62,943 nt of DNA, filler included, from Collodictyon triciliatum (GCA_043381765.1; 4 parts of 4 records of this genome joined end to end with filler, not necessarily neighbours in it); one strand, 5' to 3'; shown: positions 26,167-48,170, counted from the first letter of the whole stretch. Program-made: numbers and translations. The notes: a model not told the origin generated them from the letters alone.

Positions 26167-28992
26167 ATGATGGCTGCGCTACAAAGATTCTGCGCTTGTG
26201 CGCCACTGGCGCAGAGGTCTGCGAGGTCGCCTGTGTGGCTCAAGTCGATTAACATCTGTCGGTGGAAGGCGGGTTTTGCCACGGCTGATAAAGTTGTGAT
26301 TATAGCGGGTCCGACTGGTGTGGGAAAGTCTGAGCTTGCATACCAGATAGCAGCCCGACGCCCAGTGGAGATTATTAACGCCGACTCTGTCCAGGTATTC
26401 TGTGCGTATAGTTGCGTCTGAATGCGACTGAACAGCGTTTCAGGCTTGTCTTCCTTTTCCTTTTCCTTTTCCTTTTTCCTTTTTCCTTTTTCCTTTTTCC
26501 TTTTTCCTTTTTCCTTTTTCCTTTTTCCTTTTTCCTTTTTCCTTTTTCCTTTTTCCTTTTTCCTTTTCCCCTTTTATCTTTTAACTCATTCCTGGTCAGG
26601 TTTATCGCGGAATGGATATCGGATCTGATAAGCCCACACGACAAAAACAAGAGCTCTTTTCGCATCACTTGATTGACATTCTGGATCCAAATGAATGCTA
26701 CAGCGCGGCAGACTTTAGAAGGGATGCCATCGAGAAAATCAAGGCATGAATTACGAGTGCTTGTTCTTTTTTTATATATATATTTTATGGAATATAAGTT
26801 GCTTCAGCTTTTGTCGGCGATAAACCTGACTATAAGCAACTGTTCCTTCCTTCCTTTCTTTGTTTACACGCTTTACATAAACAGAGCCATTTTTTTTGAT
26901 TGCTGTTTCTCGTTTTATATTATATGCATGATTATGCTCAATTAGATTTGTAATGGGCCTGAAAGCACAAGTCTTAAATCTGACCCCTAAGTCGGAATAT
27001 TTTGCAGGAGGTTCACTCAAGAGGGAACATACCCATAGTTGTAGGGGGTGCTGGTTTTTATCTACGATGGTTATTACATCAGCCACCCCAAGCACCCAAG
27101 TACAGTCCTTTTTTATCCTGACTTTCTGGTGGATTATTTTTTTCTGTGTAGTAACATGGTTTATTGATTTATATATGTTCAATACGTGATCTTTTCATTT
27201 TACTGCTACAATTATAACATCAATACACGATTTGTATAGAATTTTATGCAATAGCATCATCATATATTTATTGAAAAATTAAATAGATCTGATTCATCGA
27301 TAAAGAAGGCGATTCATGAGAGACTCTTGGCTGAAAATGATTGGGATAAAAAGTAAGGTGCCGACACTCCAATAATAACTACCATTGTATATACAATTCT
27401 AACCCCTATTGTCGTGTATGAAATCTATTATCCTTCGTCTCACCTGTTGCAGCAAACATTCTTGGATGTTCACAATCTAAGATTAAAATAATTACAACGG
27501 TTTGCTGATACAGCATAGAGAAGCTGAGAATAATCGACCCTGAATATGCGAGAACACTGACAAGGAATCAGTACGTCAGGCTAGCTCGAGCATTTGAAGT
27601 TTATGAGACAACAGGAAAACCTATTTCGTCATTTAAAGCAAACGATAATCCTGGTAAAGGCAACTCTCTCAAGATATTATTTTACGTAAATATGTGGAAA
27701 TGTCGTTGAAAAAAAGTCTTAGAATACCTAGAAAGGAGCAGTTAAACGTGTGATTCTCAGAAAAATCGACATGAAAATAACTCAGGTGTCCAATTGTTCG
27801 ATTTTCGACCACTTTTTCTTCATCGAAATCGTTTGACCCTATTTGAACGGGTTGATAAACGTTGTGAGGATATGCTCATAAGGGGACTTTTTGAAGTGAT
27901 TCTTTTCTGTATCAGATCTTTCAAGTGTATAGTCTCTCTTTTATTCACTTTTAATTTGCCCAGCTACCCTGATTATCGAACAAAAACAAAAACAAAATCT
28001 CAATTGGCTGTCATAATAAGAATAATAATAATAATAACAGATATATCTGGGCGATCTTTTGGTTTTATCTCTTTCTTATTACTTGATTGCCGGCTGTGTC
28101 ACAAACACAACATGATATGATTTAAGAGTTAGATTAATTAACAGCGAACATGATTTCATAGGAGGTTTTCTTGTTACTTGTAAAGTCCCCAAACCTAGAG
28201 AATCCAGCATTTAAATCCATAGGATACCGGGCGACCATAGCGCTCCTTCATGAATACCAGGTTACTTTTCTGACCAATTTCACATATATATGAATTATTG
28301 AAAGTAGAGCAAATCTACTTCATTTTATGTTGAATCCACGCAATAATTCATTATGCATTTTTCTATGTGTAATTTTTAGTCGTCTTCAAATGCCATGAAT
28401 ATCAGTCGCCTTCGCCTTTGGATATATGCATTTCAAACAGAGTCTAGGTTTGCATATTTCTCACAAAACAAAGATATCATCTTATATCCCGACGTTTTGT
28501 TATCTGCTCGTTTTATATGTTCCAATATTTTGGATATTATAATGTAGCCTGACAGGCTGTGTATATATTGCTGGATTAAATTTTGCCATTATATACCAAA
28601 TGCATGAAAATATCAGAAACTATGTAAGACGCCAAATGGTATGGTTCCGGGCAGAGAAGGACTATCATTGGATTGATGCGGAAGTCCCATCCGTGGTTGA
28701 TACTGTCCTCGACTTGTATGATACACAACAGCACGACTTTCGAGTTATCAGAGAGCAGCAACAGCTTGAGTTTCAGAAAACCCCAGTCTCGTCTGGATTC
28801 CGTTTGGGGATGAAGGAGCAGAAGTTGCTCAAAGCACACGTCGCCAAACTCAGCATATACGATGCAGCAGATAAGTTAGACAAGCTGCATAAACAAGCTC
28901 GCCAGATTGCCATGAACCTTACTGAGTACGACATCATCCTAGCAAACATCCCCAACATCGCCGAGTACCTTTCGTTCTCTCAGGCGCGCTGA
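26167..28992 (+). CDS. tRNA dimethylallyltransferase (MiaA/TRIT1-like) with a likely mitochondrial presequence
   Basis: [89 protein letters not shown]. The N-terminus is rich in Arg, Ala and Ser. Confidence 0.93.
26450..26575. repeat. (CCTTTTT)n microsatellite, MiaA intron 1
   Basis: Seen directly. Confidence 0.95.
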
Positions 28993-29337
28993 CAGCTAAA
29001 AAGACAGATTTGGGGTATGGTCACTCGTCCCTGGATTTCCACTTCAGGATGCCGTTATTTTAATAAAGGAATATTTCTTTGTACACTATTTTTTTACAAA
29101 AGGGTGTGCGTATAGTTTAGCTAAATGTGCCCCTTGTCTTGTGGATGCGAATCAAACAGCGAGCCTCGAGCGGAAGCGCAACTTCTGAGATCACACACAA
29201 ACACTAACCACCCAAAGCACAAATCAAGAGGCTGCCGCAAAGGCCTCTCCAAGAACACAAGCAAAGCACGACCCGTGTTTTTCTTCAACAGCATCCAATC
29301 CACTAAGACTGTTTGCTCCACTTTCAGCGGGTTCTTT

Positions 29338-29368
<31 letters not shown>

Positions 29369-29373
29369 CTCCT

Positions 29374-29410
<37 letters not shown>

Positions 29411-29918
29411 TCTCGCCAACTTCGTTTTGGGTGTGAAGTGTGCTTTTCCGCCTCTGCTTTGGCGATGGACACACACATGTCTTTGGCGCTGCCACGTCCC
29501 TAATATGCCGGCCAGTTTGTCGCAGAATGCATCTCTTTATTTTTTTTGGGTGTATTCCATCTTTCAGAGACGGTTCCTGTGCAGGCCTTCACATGTCTCT
29601 TACTTTAGAAAGGACGAATAAAGATAGCTGCACTTCATAGAGCGCAGGTTTGGTTAAGCGCACAGCCTCAATTATATTCCTTTGCTGAAACGCGATTTCC
29701 TTCAACTGACCGGCTCTCGTATTGTCTAAACTCACTTCCCTTATCTGACATTCATCACCATATTCATTCGACACAAAGCAGCATTCTGATAAGGCAGATT
29801 CTTCAGTCCAGATACAATCATTATTCTTTTCTAAATTACTCCATATTTCAAGGCATATATATTAATATTCCTTAAAAAAAAACAAAAGACAACAAAATAG
29901 TCTAGAAACCCCGATCCC

Positions 29919-32421
29919 ATGAATCGGTACAAAGTGACCAAGCAACTGGGGGACGGGACTTTTGGGTCGGTAACAAAAGGAACGAATAAGCAAACAGGAG
30001 AGACGGTTCGAGATTTAGTTTGATAACTCATTTGTAGCCGTCAATCTACCTTGTTTTCCTAACGGGCGAATATCGTACAGGTTGCCATTAAAAAAATGAA
30101 AAGGAAATTCTACAATTGGCAAGAATGTGTGGAGCTTCGGGAAGTGAAGGTTGAAGACTATGTTGCATAACATATTTGATAGTTTGGTATCTGATTTCTC
30201 CTCATTCCATCGCAGACCTACAAACCACCATTTACACATGCAATTGGTAATCCCTTTCTATGCCTTTAATATTTTCATCTTAATTAATACAGTCTCTGCG
30301 CAAGTTGAACCACCCAAACATCATAAAGCTCAAAGAGGTTATCAGAGAAAACGACGAGCTCTTTTTTGTATTTGAATTTATGGACCACAACCTGTACCAG
30401 CTTACCAAAGACAGAGAAAAACTTCTTCCTGAGTCCAAGATAAAGTCTCTGATGTGGGTTTGGTTGAACACATCTGATTCCCCAATCATGACTCATTATG
30501 TTTGTCGCTTGGTGAGAAATGAATCAGTGTGTACTTAGCTCCTATGTTTGTTTGAGAAGTTTAATAAAATTCAAAATATGCAGGTATCAGCAACTGAATG
30601 GAATCGCATATATGCACAAGCATGGCTTCTTCCACAGAGATATCAAGCCAGAAAACATGCTAATCAGTAAGGATATTGTCAAGGTGGCCGACTTTGGTTT
30701 GGCCAGGGAAATCCGCTCTAGACCACCGTACACAGATTACATATCGACGCGATGGTGAAACTTCTACCTCCCTGATAATTTTGATTCTCATTAGACTCGT
30801 ATACCATAGTGTTTTTTTTTTATAATTTTTTACATGATAGCTTAGTTATCAGAAGGGGCATGTTTATTTAATGTCATGAGCCATACTTTCAACACATATT
30901 TCCTTATACTTTATTTTCTTCCATCAAATTTACCGCATCGTCGACATTCAACCAGACTAATCAAAAATGTCCATCTGAAATACCACTAGATTCTAATGTA
31001 TTGCATCGATGTAATAAAAAAAAAATTTTTTTTTGATGAATCACCATGACAGGTATCGCGCACCCGAGGTTGTCCTACGCTCGACCTACTACAATAGCCC
31101 TATCGACATATGGGCACTCGGGGCAATCATGGCTGAGCTGTATATGCTGCGGCCTCTTTTCCCTGGGAACAGCGAGACTGATCAACTGTACAAAATATGC
31201 TCTGTTCTTGGCCCACCAACACAACAAACATGGCCGGAAGGTCTTCGACTTGCAGGGGTGATGAACTTTCGCTTCCCTCAGGTACTTTCATACTCCCCTC
31301 TGCAAAACCGCGGTTCGTTCAGAAATAGGCGATTGTATTCATAAATCTATATTATTGTGAGCAACATGTCGTACGAGACGTTTACTTTTTTCTTTCTATG
31401 TTTACTTTCTCTCTTTCACTTTCATCTTTCATCTTTCATCTTTCATCTTTCTCTTTCTCTTTCTCTTTCTCTTTCTCTTTCTCTTTCTCTTTCTCTTTCT
31501 CTTTCTCTTTCTCTTTCTCTTTCTCTTTCTCTTTCTCTTTCTCTTTTCCCTACCTGATGATAGACCTGGCATATCTGAAAATTTCTCAAAAAAACTCCCA
31601 TGCTTACTACCGCAGTGCGCACCTGTCCCACTCTCGACATTGATTCCCAATGCATCACCCGACGCCATCCAGCTGATGACAGAGATGCTTCGATACGACC
31701 CGAATAAGCGCCCCACCGCCGCTCAATGTCTGCAACATCCATATTTCACTGGAGTTCAGCTGCCCCCCGGCCTCACCGCATCTGCCGGTGACGGTGCAGG
31801 TGCTTTGGAGCCGGCGGAGGACCGCGAAGGCTCGCATCTGCCATCCCTCGGGAAAAAAGATGAATCCGCGCCGAAACAGAATCCGCTATCGTCGGGCTCC
31901 AGTTCTGTTCAGAAAGGTGGTCGCTTCTTTCCTGCGCTATCACCAGGCGGGCCGATGTTCAACAGGTTGCTGTATCAATTGTATGATATTTTTTTTGCGG
32001 ACGCCCGTGTGTTCATTGCAGAAATGTGGGGCGTGACTGCTGCGTGCCTCCTGTTGAATGTCAGAACTTCATGACTTCGACGTCCATCTTTACATTTTTT
32101 TTCTTATTCCTTTTCTTTTTCGTCTTTCACATAGCGCACCGGAGCAAGATTTGATGGCCAAGCAACCTGCGGTGAAGTCGGCGATGGGTGTGTCGCTACC
32201 ATCCATCAACCGAGCACAGACATTTGCGCAGCCAACTCAATGGGGTGTTCAGTAAGTCTCGTGTTTCTCTCTTATTTCTACCTGCAAATCAAAGAAAAAA
32301 ACATACACTTGCTTTTCAAGAGTCTGCCATGCTGTGGATAACGTCCCATATTTACCACTGAATGAGGCCGCTTTTGCTTACCTGGCGTAGATATGATGCA
32401 TTTGGCCGACGTAAATACTAG
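29919..32421 (+). CDS. MAK/ICK (RCK family) protein kinase, ciliary-length-regulator type
   Basis: [81 protein letters not shown] (TDY activation loop). Confidence 0.95.
31445..31545. repeat. (TTCTCT)n microsatellite, MAK intron
   Basis: Seen directly. Confidence 0.95.
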
Positions 32422-32971
32422 TATCCGCATGATAGTCCCCAACTTTACAAAGAGATTCCGTTAGATTACTCTCTTCCGATATCGGACTTGTGCGTATTAA
32501 TGATAAAGTCAGGACACACTTTACTTTTTTGTCTTACTTTCCCCTTAAATAGCTTTCTACAATATGCATAACGCATTAAATTAACGCTCCCCAGTCTTTG
32601 TTTTTCTTGCTGCCTTGAGTCTGCTCCACCATCACACCTAATGTTGTCGGGATACGTGAATAAACTGCTTTTGATTTGCGATTTCTTCTTCTTCTGTCCT
32701 TTGATATACCCTTTCCATCTGGTCTGCTTCGTCTGTGCAAAGTATGGCCTCCTCTCTGCTAGGAAAAGGTGTATTTATTCTCTTCGTTTTTTTCTCTTTT
32801 CTTTTTTTTTTTTAAAAAAAAAATGAAACGCAATTTATTTTAAGCTTGGAAATCAACGAGACGAGAAATGAAAGGAACAAATCAAGAAAGGAAGCGACTA
32901 GTGACGTGACAGAGCGAAGGTAACAAAGGACAAAGAGCAAGCAAAAGAAAATGCGAAGCGGATGGTGACAT

Positions 32972-35186
32972 TCATCTAATTTGTGTTCCCCATGAAGCGA
33001 CAAAACACTTCCAAAATGGATTCCGTCGCTGCCTTCTGATCTTGCACCAGCTAATGACGGGATTATCGTGCATTAGATATGGATATGGCAAAGGCAGCTT
33101 CGTCTTTTCGAATAACGCTCGATTTTCTTCTCTGCAAGTCATATATGAAACAGTATTTCCTGATAGCACAACTTTTTCAAGTGCCATACATTTCACTCAC
33201 ATAGTTTGACAAAAAATAATAATAATAGTCGCAAGAGAGTGATAGGCTCGAATTGTTACCACGAGCCATAAAAATTATTACAGACAAGCAAACAAGTAAA
33301 ATACGAGGAACTTTCTTTTTCTTATTTAAAAACAAAATCAATCGATCAATGAAATCCATTAATGCGGGCAAATTAAAGAGGGTTTTTTTTTTTAAAAAAA
33401 ATAAATAATTACTTGTGTTATTCGGTGTGATGTATCGCCAAACACGACCCTTTCGTCAACAATTGGTGCTGCTTGCAGAGTGGTCACCAATTCCCCAAGC
33501 CTTGACCAGATAATACGAGAATTTTCTACAACAGCCTCCCAATCACCTATTGTCCGTTTACAATACAGGAGAGATAAAGGTTGAATTATAACTCGGTCCA
33601 TGATGCGACTGATAGACATAAAGACCAAAAGCAGTGGATATGTGTTCACTACTATGCTTTTCTCGAAATGTGGGATACTTCGATTCCGTGCCACGAAAAA
33701 AAAAGTGCCGGAAAATTTTTTCAGACTACAGTGCGGAATTTACCTTTGGATTCAGTATGAATGAGGTCATCGGGGATGGATTGTTGTTGCTGCATTGTGT
33801 AATTAATATGCTGAGAGTCAGTCTCTGTGCTTGTTCTGCCTTCACAGAATTAGCAGGTATAATTCTCAACGCTCACATTAGAACGGTTGGAATGTAAGTT
33901 TTGCTCGAGAGAGAAAAAAAATGTGCAAATTATAAAGATCATAAAATAAGCATTGAGACGTTTTTTTTCCCTATAGCGGTGCACCAAGCATGATAAAAAT
34001 GGGTCGTTGAGGTGTTGGGGTTGATGTCATATTATTCGATGAGTGTGGATGCATAGACAGAATCGGTGGATTTCATACCGTGTGGTTCTTTATTTTGCTA
34101 CTTGCTACTGGGCTGTGTAGATTCTGCTTGGAGGTTTGAGAATACTTCTGGTCGCTGTGTTCTAAAGTAACATAAATTCTGATATAGAATTCGAAATAAA
34201 AGCCGAAAATTCATTAAAAAAAAACATCATTAATAGAATCTCTTACCAGGCGAATAGCCCGATGGAGTGCAATAAGTCGTTCTGTTTGTGGTTGCAGTAC
34301 TGATATGAAAAAGGTTACGAGTTACGAAAGATTCGAAGGAAAAAACTTGGTGTGATATGCATTTGAATACTCATGAAATATTTTGGTCAAAGGAAAATGG
34401 ACAGAAAAAGGGAAATGGCGTCATTTCCCGGGATTAGTAAAAAGCTGTATGTTTTTTTTCTTGGGATATGAGGAACTATATCGTTTTATGTTATAAAAAC
34501 TGATCGAGATGTGCTTGTATATTAAATACTGATGCCGTCGCTTTCCAGATGTTGGCGTTCTCTCTTTCGTTTTTGAGCTTACATCGGCTCCGACGGGCTT
34601 ATTCTTCTTTTCAGGGGCTAAAAGATAAGACAGTTCATCAGCAAACCCCACAGAGCTGATGGATAGATTTGTAGATGCAGAAAAGTGAACATGCCCTTGG
34701 TCCGACAGCATAAAAATACATACAAAGATACAAAGATAAAATATAAAACATACAAACATACAAACATACAAACATAAAAGATCCATACTTACGTGTAGAA
34801 AGCAAGTATGCAGTAGTCATAGATGCAGTGCCAACCTGAGCTGCCAACAGACTCAGAGAATGCAGGTCGCCCTTGCCATCCGCCTCGCCACGCAACTGCA
34901 ACGTCAATGAAGTGTCTGTCTTCGAAGCAGCCAAACGCAGAGACGCCGGAGACGCACATTCCCCGACAGGCTCGTTGGCTGCATCGTCGACTCTATCAGA
35001 ACCGTGTGACCCTGAAGCAGGCGCGGCTTTCAGAGCCGAGTTGTTGGAGCCTGGCGGGACTGCACAGAGCAGAGGAGGCGGCAGCGGCGGCAGCGTGGGC
35101 GAACCCTGCGGCGACGGAGACGGGCCGCTGCTCTGAGTTGCGGCTCTGGGCGGGATTTTGTGATGTTGAGGAGTCGGAGCGGCAAG
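32972..35186 (-). CDS. Hypothetical multi-exon protein (Pro/Ser-rich N-part, globular-looking C-part); 5' end cut by a linker
   Basis: Acceptor after a (TC)n tract at 35187, long open exon LAAPTPQHHK...AYLLST|gtaagt, more GT-AG exons, and a terminal exon ending ...NPFWKCFVASWGTQIR*. Confidence 0.55.
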
Positions 35187-35246
35187 CTGCGAGAAAGAGA
35201 ATGAGAGAGAAAAGAAAGAAAAGGAGAAGAAAAGAAAAAAGAGGTC

Positions 35247-35309
<63 letters not shown>

Positions 35310-35409
35310 NNNNNNNNNNNNNNNNNNNNNNNNNNNNNNNNNNNNNNNNNNNNTTAATTAATTAANNNNNNNNNNNNNNNNNNNNNNNNNNNNNNNNNNN
35401 NNNNNNNNN
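35310..35409. other. Artificial contig linker
   Basis: Same 100-nt N/TTAATTAATTAA/N structure. Confidence 0.95.
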
Positions 35410-35739
35410 TTTTTTTGTTTTTTTGTTTTTTTGTTTTTTTGTTTTTTTGTTTTTTTGTTTTTTTGTTTTGTTTTGTTTTCCTGTGGTGTGTCTGATCGAG
35501 GGTCTCAGGTTATGGTGACCCAAGCTTCAAGGTGGTCAAACTTTCCTTCGCTCGCGCAACAGCCGTTTTTCCAATGATAAAATCTTAACGTGGAAATTAT
35601 AATATTGATATGTTTTGGCGTGACATATGCCATGTATTTCAAACTTAAATTTTTAAATTAATTATATTATTAAATTTACATACAACATTAGAAAGACCTA
35701 CTGATTACCACAGCGACTCCTGTGCCCTCTTGCATTCGA

Positions 35740-37068
35740 AGTGAAATGTTACGACACGCCATGTGATTCTGGTAAGCTTACTGGGAAATGCACGCGTGAT
35801 GCCTTTTCTTTTCATTTTCATGTTCTTCACAATTGGGATGTGGAAACTCATCACCAAACTGTGTGCAGACTTCAGAACACAGTTGCAACAAAGAACAATC
35901 CCACGAACACCTCCAAATACACCCGAGCCTTTGCTCTCGCGTTGGCAGATTCTGTGCACTCACTGCGAAATGACAATACCCCTGAACGAGCCATTAGCAG
36001 CAGGACAAATATTCTGGGACAACCAGAAAGGCTTCTGCATCATCAAAAAAAGTTCACGAAGGCAACGCGGCCACCATCAGAGAAATCTCATTCAAAGAAG
36101 ACGGTTCGTACATCACAACGCCAGGCTCCACCGCATTCCGCACACAAGATGCACAGCCAACCACAGCCATCCTGAACAACAAAGGAAAATGGCGCTCACG
36201 CAGACCAATCTCATACGGCATCCCGTCGCCATTCTTTTTCCGCCTCAAGAACGAACGCTCGTCTAACGGTGCGCAGTCTACGCAGTTCTCTATGGTTATG
36301 GCCTACTCCAAATTCTTTCGATACAAAATATCGCCGCCGACACCCTACAAAAAGTCAAAACATCAACGATGATGGAGAAACACTGGGCATCACCCACACA
36401 CCCGCTCACCGCGAGCTGTAGACAAGCGCGAACCCCGCATGTCCTTCCAAATCACCACTCTCCAATGCTTAATATCACCAATAGGGAGCTATGGATAGGC
36501 ACACGCGCGGCAAAATCTGGCAAAGTCTCCCAACAATGCACACTTTGCAGCAACGGTGATGAATCCATTCAGCACACATTTGTGCAATGTCCCTCCGCTC
36601 AAAGGAGCGTGAAACAGCCAGTGAGGTTCTTCGACCGACACTCAAGACGGCTGCGGCTGTTTGCCCAAGCCAGGCGATATTTGGGCCTCTGAAACAGTTG
36701 CGCCCAGATGCAAAAACATTCTGAGCAGTGACGCGAGGCCATTTGCTATGGACTATATGGAAAGCACGCATATACTCACGCAAAGCAAGACTCAACAACC
36801 AGCCACTCATTCCTGATAACAGACTGGATGACATCATACAAATCTCTTTCCTCAATAGCTTCCTTTGCCACCTGTACGTTCTCTACTACTCAGACCCGTG
36901 AGAAGAGACATGTGGAAAGAAGATGAGAAAGTTATTAAACCTCGCCTTATGTCTCTCATGCAAGCACTAGACCCAGGCTACAGGCCAAAGCGCAGGATGC
37001 AATTCCTGATTACTGACTACTTTTCTGCCACCTGGCCACCAAGTAGCGTCCATGCAAACGATGGCTAG
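35740..37068 (+). mobile_element. Degenerate non-LTR retrotransposon (L1/Tx1-like), 3' part of ORF2
   Basis: Intronless frameshifted frames with zinc knuckle CTLCSNGDESIQHTFVQCP (about 36537-36593) followed by HLLWTIWKAR (about 36740-36770), typical of the post-RT region of L1-clade ORF2. Confidence 0.75.
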
Positions 37069-39273
37069 CGAATCATAGCCAAAACTTCCATATTTTTGCA
37101 CAAATTGAATATAATTCATAATTCAATATATTTGGATAAAAAAACTTCTCAATCTTTGCATTATACCTGGAAAATAGGGAATTTCCTCTATCTGTATAAT
37201 CGGCAAGAATGTTTGTCAGCAGTTAAAGCATATCAAAGTTTTGGTATTGTCAGATATATCTTTCTGATTCAATTACCTGGTTGTTTGAGATATCAAGTTT
37301 CCTTGATTCGAGAGACCAGTTATGGCTTCTGGAACCTTAAATAAGTGCACTGAAATTCCATTTATTTTTTTCGCAGAGGAACTTTATGACGGTATTACAC
37401 TGGCTTCATTAACGTGTCACTTTATTCCTGTATATATTCAGGATTTTGATCCAACTCATTTTGCCGAGCCATTCGGGAAATTCATAGAGCTCTTCAAGAC
37501 TTTGCTTTTAATATTTATTTATTTATTTTTTACATTTTTTTACCTCAGGATTAAAATGAGTTAATTTTTAATTTTTGCAACACATAAAAGGAAAAATGCT
37601 ATCAATCTTAAAGTTATTTCACCCTTTATTTGATGCAAGACTCCATCCTTTTTTCTTTTTTTTTTTTTTTTTTTTTTTTAATATTTTTGTGGACAGGGGC
37701 AAGTTGGCGGGTCGGGAAGTGATCTGGTGAGTCTACAGCAACCAAGGCGCTTTTGTCAGCGCCGAAAAATGGCCACACTATCTGGCGTACGGCTGGTCAA
37801 ATATGAGGACAGGGAGTAAATAAGCACGAGGGATAGGCGATTGCATTCATTTCTGGGAAACTAGAAACAGAGTGTGGAGTTGCGATATCAGTTGGGTTTG
37901 AAATCCAAATGATAACCTAAAGGAGAACAAGAATCGCGCACATCCTGAAACTCTTCTCAGAAGTATACGCCCAGAGAAACATCTAATACTTTGGACAGGC
38001 ATCCAATTGCAGATGCTATTGGGAAGAAAAATAATCGTCGGCCCATTATTCGCCAGAGTTTTGTGACAAGAGAAGAATTAATAATTGCTGCAGATAATGC
38101 CGGGGCCACACAATTTGTCACAAGTGCACGTCTATGGCTTCTAGCTGTCTGTAAGGAAGCAACAGACAACCAGCGTTGCGAAACTGGGAAAATAGCACCG
38201 GGATTACATCGGGGTATGTTCTGTGGTGGCTTTCAGAAAATGTTCTACAGATATGGAATGTAAAGCAGTTGAACATATTCTCACTCAATATGGAGTCAAT
38301 CTTTTTCGATCATATTACAGGGCTAACACATTTACAATCCTAATACTCTGTTGAAATATATCAACATCATCTTTGCATAATGTATACAATGCGGATGAAA
38401 TGACACATAGGCCTTTCCATGAAGCGATTTGAAGGGCAAACTTTTCGCTATATGTCCATTCGACATTAGAGTGCGCAACATACTCCAGATTTGTATATTT
38501 TCAATGTAGACCGTGTGCGCGTTCTGTCAACGAATCGATCAATCGATCATCCGATCACACAGCTTTTCACGAAAGATCTGGCGCAAGAACAAAACCAGTG
38601 CTCTGTGCAAGTTTGACGCTTGGCAAAACCGTACTTGACTGTGAGGTATGGAATGAGAGGAAGCGTAAACTGGCTGGAGTAGGTTGAGGCTGTGTAGTTG
38701 ACTCTTTTCATTTTCTTTTTTCACATGAACAAAAAACCACTCGGCGCATATTATGTATTGTGGCTACGGGTCTACCCTTGTCGTTGGCTGAGAGTTGGCC
38801 GTGTCTGTTTGCCTCCTACCATTGAAAAAAAGAAAGTAAAATAATGACAGCAAAAAGAAAAAAAAAACTCAACTCTTTTTGCTCTTTCACCCTGCAATTA
38901 TGCGGGGGGTCTCTCAGTCCAGGAAACAAGAAAGGAATAAAGCACGATGGCCGAGAGCACCGGGTTTTCGTTGGAGAGTTTTGCACAATCAGCAAAGTCG
39001 AGTGCCGGACAAGGTTCTCTCTTTCGGCTTTCTGATGCCACTATAATAAGCCCACCCTTATCGCCTCTGTTTCTTGACCCCTCTCTGACTGCACCTGTCA
39101 GCATATTTGTTCATATGATTTTATCTCCTTTTTTTTATTTTGTTTGTCACAACTGTTCGTTTCAGAACGGTTATTCTCGGTCACATGCGTTTCCTCATGG
39201 ATTTGTTCATATACACAAGTACGGATGAATAAATACTATATTTGTTGACCAATAATACTTCATAGGTGAAAAT

Positions 39274-46276
<7,003 letters not shown>

Positions 46277-46692
46277 CACGAACCCATAGGCGCCGGCATA
46301 TCTCTTTCTTTCGCTTCTATATCTTCGATTTCACTTAAAGAAAATGGATACTATAAATCGGGACATCGAAATGCTCTTGCTGGCCTATTCCGTTGATTGT
46401 GCATATTTTATTATGTTCTTCTTGCAACTATTTTCGTGGATTCTGTGTATCTACACATACTCGTTTATTTAAATCGTTTGCTTGTCTGCTGCATGGCCCG
46501 GTCATTTGCAGAGCCGAATCCTCTCGTTCTCTTTCAAGATTGATGAATCCAGACCAGTCTTTGGTTCGGGAATGCCCCGTTTTCTGCACAAGCTTTGCAG
46601 ATTGCCTTATGTTCGTCGTTCTACATGAATGCAAATGATTCACTTCTCAAAAATATATATATAATAGATTCAGAGATATCAGTAAAATTAAG

Positions 46693-46806
46693 TGTTTTGT
46701 TTTGTTTTGTTTTGTTTTGTTTTGTTTTGTTTTGTTTTGTTTTGTTTTGTTTTGTTTTGTTTTGTTTTGTTTTGTTTTGTTTTGTTTTGTTTTGTTTTGT
46801 TTTGTT
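46693..46806. repeat. (GTTTT)n microsatellite
   Basis: Seen directly. Confidence 0.95.
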
Positions 46807-47677
46807 CGGATAAAGTGTCGAGAAAAGCATCAGAAACACACAGCAAAGATTAAGATGTTTCCGGCAGTCGCATACGACCGACACCCTTCGCAGATTTTCG
46901 GCTTTGGTTTTGCAAGATACCGGTTCACAAGTTCAGTGTTTGCCTCCAGCCGTGCCTCTGTTAAAAAAAAGAAAAAAAAAGGTTATTATGTGCAGTTCAT
47001 GGCAGACTAAGCTTGAGCATGCAAACAACAAAAATAATATTATTATGAAGCACACCAAGGGGTGGGATAAAGGGCTCTCCACACGACAGGAACACAGTGT
47101 CATCCCGAAGGGCTCCAAAGTTTTCAGAGTCCACACGAACTCCATCTGCGCGGAAGGCAAAGACACACGGATAAGGCAGATTCAGAATGCGGTTGGATAT
47201 TTCGAGCAGCTACAATGCGTACAGAGTCTGTCAGTCGCAGAGTCAAACACATGGACAAAGTATGCATTCGGCGCGGGGTTCGTTTGCACCTCTTCGACTG
47301 ATTGAGGCCGAATGATTTCAGTGAGCCCAGAGTCGGCTGCTGTGGGCGCTTTGCCGTTCTTGCATATTTTGATGCGGGTTGCAAGCTCCTGTCCCCACAT
47401 CTTGATTGTGTTTGTACCCTCGCCTTGACTCGGTGCATCTATCGCAGCGAATGTTTTTACGAGGAGTCAGTATGCCACAAATGCTCTTAATTCCTAGTTG
47501 TTGTTTTTCCCCCGTATGTTGTGATAAAACGTTCACATCAGAGAGCACGTGATATACTTCGCCATAACAGCAGTATATTTTCCTCTCGCGTGAATGCTCT
47601 CAGTTCAGGTGAAAGAACGAACATAAGCATAGTCATGAGAAAACACATGTTTGTGTCAATTCCATCAATGTTCATAC

Positions 47678-48040
47678 CTTTTGGTTTTCTGAATCCTTCT
47701 CCAGTGGATATGACATACGTTTCTTTGTCCTTTAATGTGGATACATCTGCAACCTGTTGCCCTTCCATGGTAAATATCTTTTTCGCGCTGAAAGGGAGAT
47801 TCAATCTAGCTGAACACTCTTCTAAAGTCTGGAAAACAAAATATGTTGAAACCGTGCTGGATTGTTAGATATAAATGCCTCCTGAGACATATGCGATGCT
47901 ACTCATTCATCGATTTGCAAGAAAAAGAGAAGAACTACTAAACAAATACCAATTCGAGTGATTTCTGAACGACAATCAGCGGAGGACTCTTGAGTGGAAC
48001 AACTGCCAATCCGCCATTTGGAATTGCATAGAAGCGAGTC
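47678..48040 (-). CDS. Doublecortin (DCX) domain-containing protein, internal exons; 5' end cut by a linker
   Basis: FYAIPNGG...LIVVQKSLEL|TLEECSARLNLPFSAKKIFTMEGQQVADVSTLKDKETYVISTGEGFRKP has the DCX pattern (L.L......IFT.EG..V.....L.D...YV.S.GE.F). Confidence 0.8.
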
Positions 48041-48170
48041 AAACTCTTTTGTTTGTATAATATACCGGGAAGCTCTAACAGAAGGGGGGGGGGGGGGGGG
48101 GGAGGCCAGCACCCTTTGCGCCGCCAACGTTCCCCCCACCTACCCACCCCTCTCAATCCCACCTGCACAT

